Shown piece after piece: positions 48,701 through 57,888 of a stretch of DNA of 64,000 nucleotides. Within the stretch, counting starts at the first letter, position 1; the number at the start of each line of letters is the position of its first letter. The notes beneath the pieces are model-generated. The model was given only the letters and a program-made list of their open reading frames with translations, ran no database searches and was not told the DNA's origin. The translations under genes were made by a program, and so were the position numbers. Source of the stretch: Cyanophora paradoxa CCMP329 (taxonomy: Eukaryota; Plantae; Glaucophyta); the NCBI GenBank assembly GCA_004431415.1, contig QPMI01000088.1, positions 149,947 to 213,946 of the forward strand, read 5' to 3'.

Positions 48701-49817
48701 GGCGACGGACCGGCCTCGAGGTCGGCGAGGGAGCGGCCGGCGACGACGACCTCGAAGCGGCCGCCGTGCCCGCCGAGCTTCAGCGCGAAGTAGGTCCCCG
48801 CCGTGATCGCGCAGTGCAGCCTGCGCCGCGCCCCAGCGCACGCGCAGCGTCAGGAGCACCGCCAGGGGACCTCATCTGCAGAATTCGAGGCGGGAGCCGG
48901 GGCGCACTTCAAGACCGGATCGATCTGCGGGCCACGCCCCGCCAATCGCAAGGTGGATCAGTACGGGCCGGGACGCCGCGGCGCAGGCGCAGCCGCTGAG
49001 CGGCTCGATCCCCGGAGGGTGGAATTGAAATTAGAAGCTAGTCTCTAATTTCGAAGCTGAAGTCTAGATGCGGGGCTGCAGCGGGGCGCGGGGCGCGGGC
49101 GCCGGCTCGCCTCGGTGGCGAGGACGTCGGCGACCATGTCGACGGCGGCGCGGGCGGCGGCGGCCATCCCCCCCGCTCCCTCCCCCTCCAGCATGAAGAG
49201 GACGGCGTCCCCCAGGAAGCTGCCGCCGCCCGTCAGCGCGCTCGGGGCCGGCCGCGGCCGCCCGGGGCCGCCCGGGGCCCGCAGCTGGCGCGGCGGATCT
49301 CCGCGCGTGCACGGACCGGAGGGCGTCCGCGTGGTACGACCGGGCGACCTCCAGCACCCGGCGGAACACGGCCTGGCAAGGATGTTGCGGCGGTCAGTCT
49401 CGAATTCGCATGGGAAATCGAAGTTGGCCATCAGAAGCGCTGGCCATGCATATGGGACCGGAGGCGCTTGCAACTGGCCATGGGGCGGCCGCGGGCTGCG
49501 CGCACGTTCATTCGGGCGGAGAGCTCGTCGGCTCCACGGGCGCCGGCGGGCAACTGGAGCGCTGTCGGGCCGGCCTCGTGCGCGTGCGCGTGGTCATCCC
49601 CGCGCGCGGTCTCGAGGGCGGGGTCCTGGAGCGCCTGGGCGAGGGCCACGGAGCCCGAGATGTCCACGACGGCGACGACGCCCTCGAAGGGCAGCGCCAG
49701 CGGCTGCGAGCCCGACGCGGCGAGCTGCTCCACATTCCGCGCCACCAGCGCCGGCACGAAGGCGCGCAGCTGCACCGCGGCTGCCGCTGGCGGCGGTCGC
49801 GATCCATTTGAGTCCAT
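39779..49817 (-). CDS. Second multi-exon soluble adenylate cyclase-like protein (tandem cyclase + STAND NTPase + TPR-like)
   Basis: LRAFVP..VAVVDISGS, FLGDAVLF, ELRIITSLF, DDKGFVGLMTFGL..HADDPLRA, SIGIATGRVFAG, RCEY, LGDAVNTAAR. Walker A LLVLGEAGS|GKS is split by intron 46024-46090. Then HGNAFAICE and VPDTLERLIVSRLDGL, with the last exon ending at 39779. Confidence 0.85.
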
Positions 49818-50668
49818 TCCTCGCAACTGCAACTGGCCCCGCTGCAGCTCCCTAGGCCTCAGCTCCGGATCCAGGGCGACGATTGCTCCGAGCTTAAGCC
49901 GCGGCCGGACAGCTGCCCGCTAGAAAACATGGAGCACGATCGAATGCAGCTTCGGAAAGCTTGTGGCGCTCTGCAGCTGGCAGCTGGCTGGCCTCCGGCT
50001 GTCCGGACCGGAGAGCGATCTAGATCTCCCGAGAGCGTGTTGCCGGCGCCGAAGCAAGCGCGCACGCGCAACCGTCCCGCGGGCCGCGGCGCCCGCGCGC
50101 TTGAGTCTTCGCCGAGTTCTGATTCGACGGGCGTTTCGAAAATCACTACGACGGCCGCGGGGCCGGCGCGGGCGTTTCGAAAATCACACCAGCAGATCTA
50201 GATCTAGAGCCGGAACTTGGATAAGTTGGCGGGAGCGTTATAATTAACGTTGGAAATTAACAGGCCTAGCCGCCTAGGCCCTGATCATGAGGGAGGGCGC
50301 GCGCACGGCGCGTGCGCCGCTGCGTCGCTGCTTCTCGATCCTTCAGCCTGCAGCTGGGCGCGCGCGCCGGCCGCGGCGCCGCGCGCGGCCGGATCGATAT
50401 CGATGAGGAATTTGCAATGCAGAGGGTGCGTATCACTGCCGCAGATCTAGAGTCGGCGCAGACAGGACGGTCAGGACGGTGACAGGACCCCGACTCCCCG
50501 CCGGCGCCGCCGCCCGCGGCCCCGCGCCGGTTCGCCGGCGCCGGCCCACCGCTTCGGTACCCTAAGTTCCGGCAGGTCGTCAAAGGGGATACCGAGCTCA
50601 CTTCGTGGGGGATACCGAGCTCGCTTCGTTCGCGACGTCGGCATCTCGCAAGGCAGCCCCGCTTCAAA

Positions 50669-51862
50669 ATGGATTGCTTTGCGGTGGGCACTGTGCAGAT
50701 AGTGCAGTCACGCACACGGGGAGCGGTCGCGCACGCTGCGCCGGCTTCGGTTCAGGTGCCCGATTTCGTGCTGTCGCCTGATTTCGCACACCGATGCGCC
50801 GGCCGCTGCAAACGGCCACGTAGGCGTGCAAGCTGCAGTTCGGAAGCGCAAGAGAGTCAGCGCCATTGCACCGCGCCTCCCGCTCGACGATCCGATTCTG
50901 CCGGGGAGCGTGGAGCTCAAGGCCGGCCGCGGCACGCGGGTGCGCTGATCGATCGCTCGCATCGTAGTTGCGACGACCCCCCCTCCCTCCCCGGTTCTCC
51001 CCACCCGATCGCATCCGCCGCTCACTCTCATGTCAGCTACCGCCCAATCCGCTGTGATGCATCGGCAGAGGTCAACTGGGAGGAGATCAAACGCCAGAAT
51101 GAGCAGATACTGGAGGAGAACCGAGCCGTCTTCGAGGCAGTGCAGAGTTCGTCTTCGAGCAGAGAGCGCCTGCGAGTCGCTCACGCCCGCCCAGAGACTG
51201 CCGCGGAGACGCGGGAGATGCTCGAGACGAATGAGTCCGTCGTCCTCGGTTCGCGCGCACCGCCGCGCTGGGGGCCGCTCGCCGGCCGCGCTGACTTTGC
51301 CGGCGTCGGCAGAGTACCAGGCGAGGGGGCGGCGGGGCGCGCCGCGGCTGCCGGGGCCGTAACGGGGCGGACAGATCCTCGTGGAGGAGAACAAGCGCCT
51401 GCTCGAGGAGATCGAGGAGAAGAACGCCGAGAAGCGCGCCCTCCTCGCCCAGGTCCGACATCCCCAAAGCCCGCGCTCCTCCACCCCCCTGCCCTTGCAA
51501 CCCTGTACCCCAGATCAAAGAGAAGGCGGCGGAGAACGCGACGCTCGTTGCGGAGAATCAGCGGGTCCTAGCCGAGTACGAAGAGGTGGGCTTACCCCCC
51601 TCGCCTTCCTCCTCCCTCCCTCCCCCGGGTGCACCGATCAACGGGAGCTCGCGCAGCTGACGAGCGAGAACAAGAAGACGCTAGCGTCAAACCAGGAGCT
51701 GGTCGACAAGATGATGGCCAAAGTCGGTGCGCGCGGCCCGGCGCGGCGGGGCCGGCGCGGGGAGGCTGAAAGGGGCGGGCAGACGACACGGACCTGAGGA
51801 TACTGAGCCTGATGGCCGAGATGCGGAGGGAGGGCGAGGGGGGCGAGGGCCCCCGCCCCGCC

Positions 51863-51895
<33 letters not shown>

Positions 51896-51906
51896 ACCAA
51901 GCAGTG
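50669..51906 (+). CDS. Multi-exon coiled-coil protein, possibly plastid-targeted
   Basis: Heptad exons (EEIKRQNEQILEENRAVFE, EENKRLLEEIEEKNAEKRALL, ENKKTLASNQELVDKMM). The N-terminus MDCFAV... resembles a transit peptide. Confidence 0.5.
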
Positions 51907-52100
51907 ACCGCCCCGCCGGCGCCGCTGCCGGCCCCGCGCGCCCTCTCCCCGCCCCCGCAGTCGGCCCCGGCCCTTAGCTTTGTTCGCGAACGCGTGCCCG
52001 CAGCTAGCAGACACGTGCACGGCGCTACTTCTGGAAAAAAAGGGGGCGTTCGCGGGCGGCCCCGCGCGAAGAACACTAGCCGATACATGCGAGCAGGAGA

Positions 52101-53450
52101 TCAGAGGGGGGCGGCATAACTGTAGACGGCCCAGGGGCTCCCGTCGCCCGCTGCGGAGGCCGGCCGGGGGACGCCTGGGAGGGATACAGGCGCCCTCAGC
52201 TTGGGCGAGGCGGCGTCGGGGGGCGAGCAGCGGCCCGAGAGGACGGGTACAAAGATCTGGAAGGGGTCCTCCTGGGGGGAGGGGGGGGGGGGGGGGGGTT
52301 CAAGAAAAAAGAGGCGGGGAAGGGAGGGGGCGGGGCGGGGGTGTCGCACGGGGTCGAGGAAGGCGGTGTTCTTGGCGCAGGCGTCCCCCTCGGGGCCCGT
52401 CTCCGCGTGGACCGCCTCGAGGACCTGCGGGGCCCTCAGACCGAGCCTGCCCCAGGCCCGCCCCCCCGGGGCCTGGGGCGGGGTACGCGGACCTCCATGT
52501 CGACGTCCTCGCCGGGCACCTCGAGCGGGGCCTGCGGGGGGTCCCGGCGTCCAGCGGGGGGGGCGCGGGGGCAGGGCGAGGGGCTGCGCACCGGCGCCGG
52601 CTGCTGGCCGTGGGGCAACAGGCGGCCGCTGCGGAGGGCGCTCAGGTCCGCCGGCCCCTCCGCCCCGCCCCCCGCCGCCGCCTGCGGGGCGCGTCGGGGT
52701 GCGATCGGTCGCCGGCCCGGGGCACGCTCTCGGCGCCTCACCCCTTGACCGGCTTCGTCCGAGACGCGGACCGACGCTTGCGTGGCCGCCGCCCCGCCCT
52801 GCCGCACACGCTCGGAGAGCCCCGCCGGAAGCGGGGCCGGGGGCGTGCGGGTGGACGGACCAGGGTCGGAGGCACTGCGGGGGGGATCCCTGCATCCCCC
52901 CCCTGATGCTCCCGCACCCTCGCGAGGACCGTCCTGAAGATCGACCTGCGGAGGGCGGGAAGGGGGGTACGTCTCCAAGCTCCGGTGAGCAATGAGCGCG
53001 GCGCACCAGAATTCGGGCAGCCTGGCTCGTTCGGAGGGTGGGGGTCGGCAGGAATGCAGGGGGAGAAGCTAGGGGGCAGGGCGCTTCGAGCGGCGTACCC
53101 CTCGGACAGGAAGATGCGGAAGCAGCCCTCGGTCCGGCGGGGCGAGCGGCCTGAGTTGGAAACGACTTGTAAGAGCGGCGCGGGATGCCGACGGGACTAT
53201 AGGTCAAGCACTGCGCGTGCACATGTGCACCGTCGACCTGTGGGCGCGGCGCGCGATCAGAGAAGGTACGGAGCGGCCGCGGGCTCGGCGACCGGCTCAC
53301 CGAAAGATTCTGAATCGATCGGAACGAGATGCAGCGCCGGCGAAAGGGACCCCCCTCCATCCGCTCCCCGCTGATCTTGCTGCAAGGCAAGTCGAAGCCT
53401 GCGCCAAGCGCCCGCGCGGTGAGCGGAAGCGTGAAATGCTGGCGAAGCAT
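52101..53450 (-). CDS. Hypothetical multi-exon protein
   Basis: Coding-like exons bounded by GT/AG ending ...GSPWAVYSYAAPL* at 52101. The 5' end is unknown. Confidence 0.3.
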   Translation of the reverse strand: MLRQHFTLPLTARALGAGFDLPCSKISGERMEGGPFRRRCISFRSIQNLSVSRSPSPRPLRTFSDRAPRPQVDGAHVHAQCLTYSPVGIPRRSYKSFPTQAARPAGPRAASASSCPRGTPLEAPCPLASPPAFLPTPTLRTSQAARILVRRAHCSPELGDVPPFPPSAGRSSGRSSRGCGSIRGGMQGSPPQCLRPWSVHPHAPGPASGGALRACAAGRGGGHASVGPRLGRSRSRGEAPRACPGPATDRTPTRPAGGGGGRGGGAGGPERPPQRPPVAPRPAAGAGAQPLALPPRPPRWTPGPPAGPARGARRGRRHGGPRTPPQAPGGRAWGRLGLRAPQVLEAVHAETGPEGDACAKNTAFLDPVRHPRPAPSLPRLFFLEPPPPPPSPQEDPFQIFVPVLSGRCSPPDAASPKLRAPVSLPGVPRPASAAGDGSPWAVYSYAAPL

Positions 53451-54859
53451 GGTGACAGGATCAACGCCGATAACCAGGCGCTAGGCGCCGACGTGCGCAC
53501 TGACGGCCGGCGTTTGGATCGTCGACATAAACATGAGCCGCCTGTGGTGGCGCCGGGCGCGCGCAGCATGCGCAGTCAGCGTCAGGCCTCGGTGGGCCGC
53601 GGTTGGCGACGCACCGGTTCGAAAGGTACGCGAAGCCGTCGCTGCGGATCGGCTGCCTCACGCCTGCGAGCTCCGCCTGCGAGGCGCGGCGCTTAACGGA
53701 CTTCCAAAGCAGACGAAGCGCTCTCACCCGGAAGCTGCACGGGACCGAGAACACCAGCCCATCCGGGATGACTGGCGGCATGAGCGGCGCCCGGCGCTGC
53801 CGCCGCGCAGGAAGCTGTGGCCGCTGGATGAGGTCAAGGCTAAACAGGAGGCGCCGGCCGACGCTGGGGCGCGCAGAAAGAGCGCGCGAAGACTCCCGAA
53901 GAGAGCACGCTCCAATTCGAATTCGAGCCCAAAGCAATTGCGGCCGCGCCGCGCATCGTGCTCAAACCGAAACGCCGCTAGGGTGGGGGACGATGTTGTA
54001 GAGGGGTATGCATATTGGAGATCCGGAAAGTTTTGTTTTTTGGTGAATTCCGGGAAGTTGGCGAAAAGTTCGCCGAAAACTTACCAATACGCGTACGCAT
54101 ATGCATCGATATCATGATCATGCATATGGCGCGTTTCTCACCAAATTAAAGGCCCGGCCGCCGGGCAGCCTGCAACTTGGCTGCCGCAGTACTATAGCTA
54201 TTAGCTAGTGCAGCGGCACTGCAGCCTGCACCGTGGCACGCTGCAAGTTAGCCTGCAAGCTTTTAAGTTGGCTCAGGTTGGCTGCAACTTATATAACTGT
54301 GGCCGGTAATTCACCAAAAAAAAACTTATATAAATAAGCTTCCTGCAACTTAGCCTAGTAGGCTGCAAACTGCCGCGCCACAGCGGCCTACCGGACCACT
54401 GGCTATAGCTACCAGCTGCAGGTACGGTGGCTGCAGCCTGCAGGCTAGCGCTGCATGCATATGCACCTGCACCGTGCTGCACGGCCCTGCAGGCTGCAGC
54501 CTGCAGGCGGCTGGCGGCCTGCATCATCGAGCATCATGATCAGCATTGCGGCAGCCGCTGATCATGACTCATGAGCTGCAGGCTGTTCAACGGTTGCCCA
54601 GTTGCCAAGTTGCAGGCTTGCAGCCTGGCAGGCTTGCATGCACTGCACAGCTTATATAATTATAGGCCTGCGCATGCAGGCTCCGCCGCGCGCGGCGCCA
54701 GCTATAGCTAGCTATAGCCTAGTCGCTTTAGCTGCACAGCCTGGCAGCCTGCAGCTGGATCATGGAGCTGGTCCGGATCCCGCCTGGAGGTCGCAGCCAT
54801 AGCCAACTTGCAGGCTTACGTGTATACCAGCTGCATGCGCCTGCTGCAGCGGTGCATCG

Positions 54860-55142
54860 ACACATAGTAAAATGCGGAGTTTTAACCCTCGGCTTATCTT
54901 AATTGATTTTGTTGATATATCTCGTATATTCTATTTCAATCAATCGATAATCTGTGTATATCTTATCGAATATTCAATTATTTCGATTATTTTGTATTCT
55001 TTTCGATATTTTATCGTAAATTTCTCTTATTTTCCGATTAGTCTTACTGAGTCTATCGATAATCTGTATATATTTCCGAATAATATAACTGAATCTCAAT
55101 TAGATCTTGCCTCTGGTTAAAACTCCGCATTTTACTATGTGT
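54860..55142. repeat. 283-bp module bounded by a perfect 28-bp inverted repeat (element terminus or MITE)
   Basis: ACACATAGTAAAATGCGGAGTTTTAACC (54860-54887) and GGTTAAAACTCCGCATTTTACTATGTGT (55115-55142). Confidence 0.9.
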
Positions 55143-55396
55143 GATTGGTCTAAAAGTTAATTGATTTAATCGATATTATATTCATGTACTTTCTCGATTA
55201 AATTTAATTAAATTTAATTCATTTAATCGGAAATATATCGCTAAACTCGATTAAGATCCATAAAAGATTCATTTGTTAAATAAAACAAATCGATCTCTTA
55301 TTGAATTCAATCGTAATTATACATGAAACTTATATGTTTTTATCATTGTTTTATTGAGTCTAAGGGGGGACCCTTAGGAATTTAATGAATAATTGG

Positions 55397-55487
55397 GTGT
55401 CACAGGTGTCACAGGTCCATCCCAAACTTTTGGAAATTCACTCTTTATAGGAGAAACTTTGGGATAGACCTGTGACACCTGTGACAC
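55397..55487. repeat. 30-bp inverted repeat with tandem TGTCACAGG iterons
   Basis: GTGTCACAGGTGTCACAGGTCCATCCCAAA (55397-55426) vs TTTGGGATAGACCTGTGACACCTGTGACAC (55458-55487), 1 mismatch. Confidence 0.9.
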
Positions 55488-55923
55488 ATACCATATTCAG
55501 TAAGGACCTCATATATTGTTAAAATCTCAGTGTTAGTTGGTGTAGTTGATTCAAAAAATGCATTTTATACTCTGATTCATTGTTATTTCCTGTGAAATTT
55601 GAGTCAACTCAACCCACTTAGTCAACCCTTGCATTGAATTCGTAACAAAAATCCATATACTATTACTACTTTTACGATTAATATGAGTCAACCTAGAGTC
55701 CACTTTAATATAAATATTATATAATAGGGGGAATCTTGGGGAGATGCTTATAAACATATGAATTATTGAGCCTATGATACTTACATCGTCAGGCAGGCCT
55801 CGTTAAGAGGATTCCGAATCTGTTTTTGGTTTTGTCACATGATGAGTTGGTGAAGAGATACATGCATTTTAGTGTTTTGTATGTGGTTTAATGATATGAT
55901 GTCATAATGCATGGGTTTTCGTC

Positions 55924-56022
55924 AACAGTTAAATGAACAGTTAAGTGGACACCGTTTCACGATAAACGAGTAGACACTGCCTACTCCCAACAGGTGTCCA
56001 CTTAACTGTTCACTTAATTGTT
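55924..56022. repeat. 30-bp inverted repeat with tandem AACAGTTAA iterons
   Basis: AACAGTTAAATGAACAGTTAAGTGGACACC (55924-55953) vs GGTGTCCACTTAACTGTTCACTTAATTGTT (55993-56022), 2 mismatches. An extra half-site lies near 56111. Confidence 0.88.
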
Positions 56023-56523
56023 CGCAATTTGCTTCATTGTCTTTCAATAGCTTTCCCGCATATCTTGTTTTCAATTGTTGTTGCAGTACACTATTACAAT
56101 AGTTGTCTCGTTAACTGTTCACTTATCTGTTCGCTGCGGAAAAAAGACGATGACGGACGTGTTATGTTACGAAATGATGTCATAATGACGATGCATATGT
56201 ATATGATATATATGACACACCATCGAACTCGGGAGATCATGACGATCACGGCGATATATATATGTTATGTGTTTATGATACATCATTATTACATCATTAT
56301 GATGCATCATTCCGAAATCTCGAAAAATCGATAATCGGCATCTTCAAACGCTTGTATCTCATCACCAGATTATCAAATCGCAACGTTCTGCATATCGCTG
56401 TGAAGCGCTTGAAAAGATCTACAAGACAATGTGTATATCATATGCATATATGTATATCAGTCATACATATATTTGGAAAAACGAGTTTTCGGCTAGCAAA
56501 CTAGCTAGTTTTGGTCCTCTCTC

Positions 56524-57885
56524 TTAGTGTTCTTTGAGGTTTAGGGCTGTATATGACTCCTTAGTAGTCTGAAAGTCACTATACCATCTCTGGCTATTCA
56601 CTTCTGAAAGTTTCTGTGTGCCTGCTATGGTGAGCTTTTTGAGTTCCCTATTAACTTTCCCAGCCTTCTCCTTCCTAGCCTCTATCAAAGGCTTATCTGG
56701 GACTTCATTAGCAGCTTCTATGCCTTCTCTCCTTATAGCAGCATCAACCCTAGCTTCCTCTTTAGCTTGCTCTAAGGCATCCACTGTAGGGGTTTCTAGA
56801 TATTCAACTGCATTCACAGGCAACAGCTCATGGAATGCAAACCTGTTATCTATGATCTCACCAGTGGGACTCCTTAGCTTAAACTTAAAGCCTTCCCTAC
56901 TATCAACTGTGTAAACCATCCTAGACCAATTGTTACCCTGTTTAGCAAAGGGGTTCTTCTCAACTTTCACTCTAACAAACATGCCAGGCTGCATGGTATC
57001 AAGATAAGCTATTGATTTCTTGAATCTCTCATCTTCTAATCCCACTATATACCTGTAATGCTCCTCTGTAGTTTCACCTGGCTTCATCTTAGTAGCTGAG
57101 TGAACTGTATTATTGTAATTATACTCAATATCACCTAACACATCAAAGAATCTAGCTGTGTTATTAGCTATGCAGTAGTTTGTGATCAGTCTCTTAATCT
57201 GCTTGTTAAAGGCTTCAATTCGACCTTGGCTTCTATGGTCAGCAGTTCCACTCACTTGGTGTTCTATGAATTTACTAGATAAATACTCCTGGAATATTCG
57301 ATTTTGGAATTCACTCCCAGCATCTGATTGAACCTTTACTATTGGTCTTGCCACTCTCATCTCAAGCTGTTTAAATGCAGCCAATGTAGTGAGAGCTGAT
57401 TTATCTCTTATAGGTATAATATACCCAGTTCTCAGTGTTGATTCCATTGCAGTCATAAATGTATCATAGCCATTGTTTTGTTTCTTATAAGCTGGGAAAA
57501 AGAGCAAATCAATCACATAGGTATCAAGGGGTTGCCTAATTGGGACCATGGGATCTCTCTTCCTAGATATAGCAGGTGCATTGATCTGAACAACTTCTTG
57601 TTTTTTATAGAACTCTTGCAACTGCTTATAGGATTCATCTGGTAACTCAGCTCTCATAGCTTGAAGCCCTTTGTAACCAGTCCTCACATCATAGAATCTC
57701 TTGGCAATCTTGCTAGTTTCTTTCACTGCAATAGCAACTGGGATCTCTACTGGGACAAGCTCTTTCATCTCTGATTTTTTGACAATTCGAGATTCCCCCT
57801 TTTCCTCCTTTGGAACTGTGATGGGCAGTAGGTTACCTTGCAGTTGCTCAGTGGTTCTTCTAACTATTCTTCCAGTTGCTGGCAT
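56524..57885 (-). CDS. int: RVE-family (retroviral-like, Polinton c-integrase type) DDE integrase
   Basis: 453-aa intact ORF with D (YVIDLL), D (VQSDAGSEF) and E (QGRIEAFNKQIK), then YNNTVHSATKMKP and an SH3-like VRV...NWSRMVYTV. No chromodomain evident. Confidence 0.93.
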   Translation of the reverse strand: MPATGRIVRRTTEQLQGNLLPITVPKEEKGESRIVKKSEMKELVPVEIPVAIAVKETSKIAKRFYDVRTGYKGLQAMRAELPDESYKQLQEFYKKQEVVQINAPAISRKRDPMVPIRQPLDTYVIDLLFFPAYKKQNNGYDTFMTAMESTLRTGYIIPIRDKSALTTLAAFKQLEMRVARPIVKVQSDAGSEFQNRIFQEYLSSKFIEHQVSGTADHRSQGRIEAFNKQIKRLITNYCIANNTARFFDVLGDIEYNYNNTVHSATKMKPGETTEEHYRYIVGLEDERFKKSIAYLDTMQPGMFVRVKVEKNPFAKQGNNWSRMVYTVDSREGFKFKLRSPTGEIIDNRFAFHELLPVNAVEYLETPTVDALEQAKEEARVDAAIRREGIEAANEVPDKPLIEARKEKAGKVNRELKKLTIAGTQKLSEVNSQRWYSDFQTTKESYTALNLKEH

Positions 57886-57888
57886 CTC

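Noticed and set aside
53160-53450. RWP-RK transcription factor (LRQHFTLPL...GIPRRSYK)
   Set aside because: Only partial resemblance. The RWPxRK signature and the LKxxCR helix are missing.
55380-56200. CRISPR-like array in the terminal repeats
   Set aside because: The repeats are inverted pairs or short tandem iterons, not identical direct repeats with unique spacers, and no cas genes are present.
54872-56504. Short AT-rich ORFs (54872-55120, 55551-55757, 56029-56334, 56262-56504)
   Set aside because: Low-complexity translations that overlap the hairpin modules, with no promoter motif or domain.
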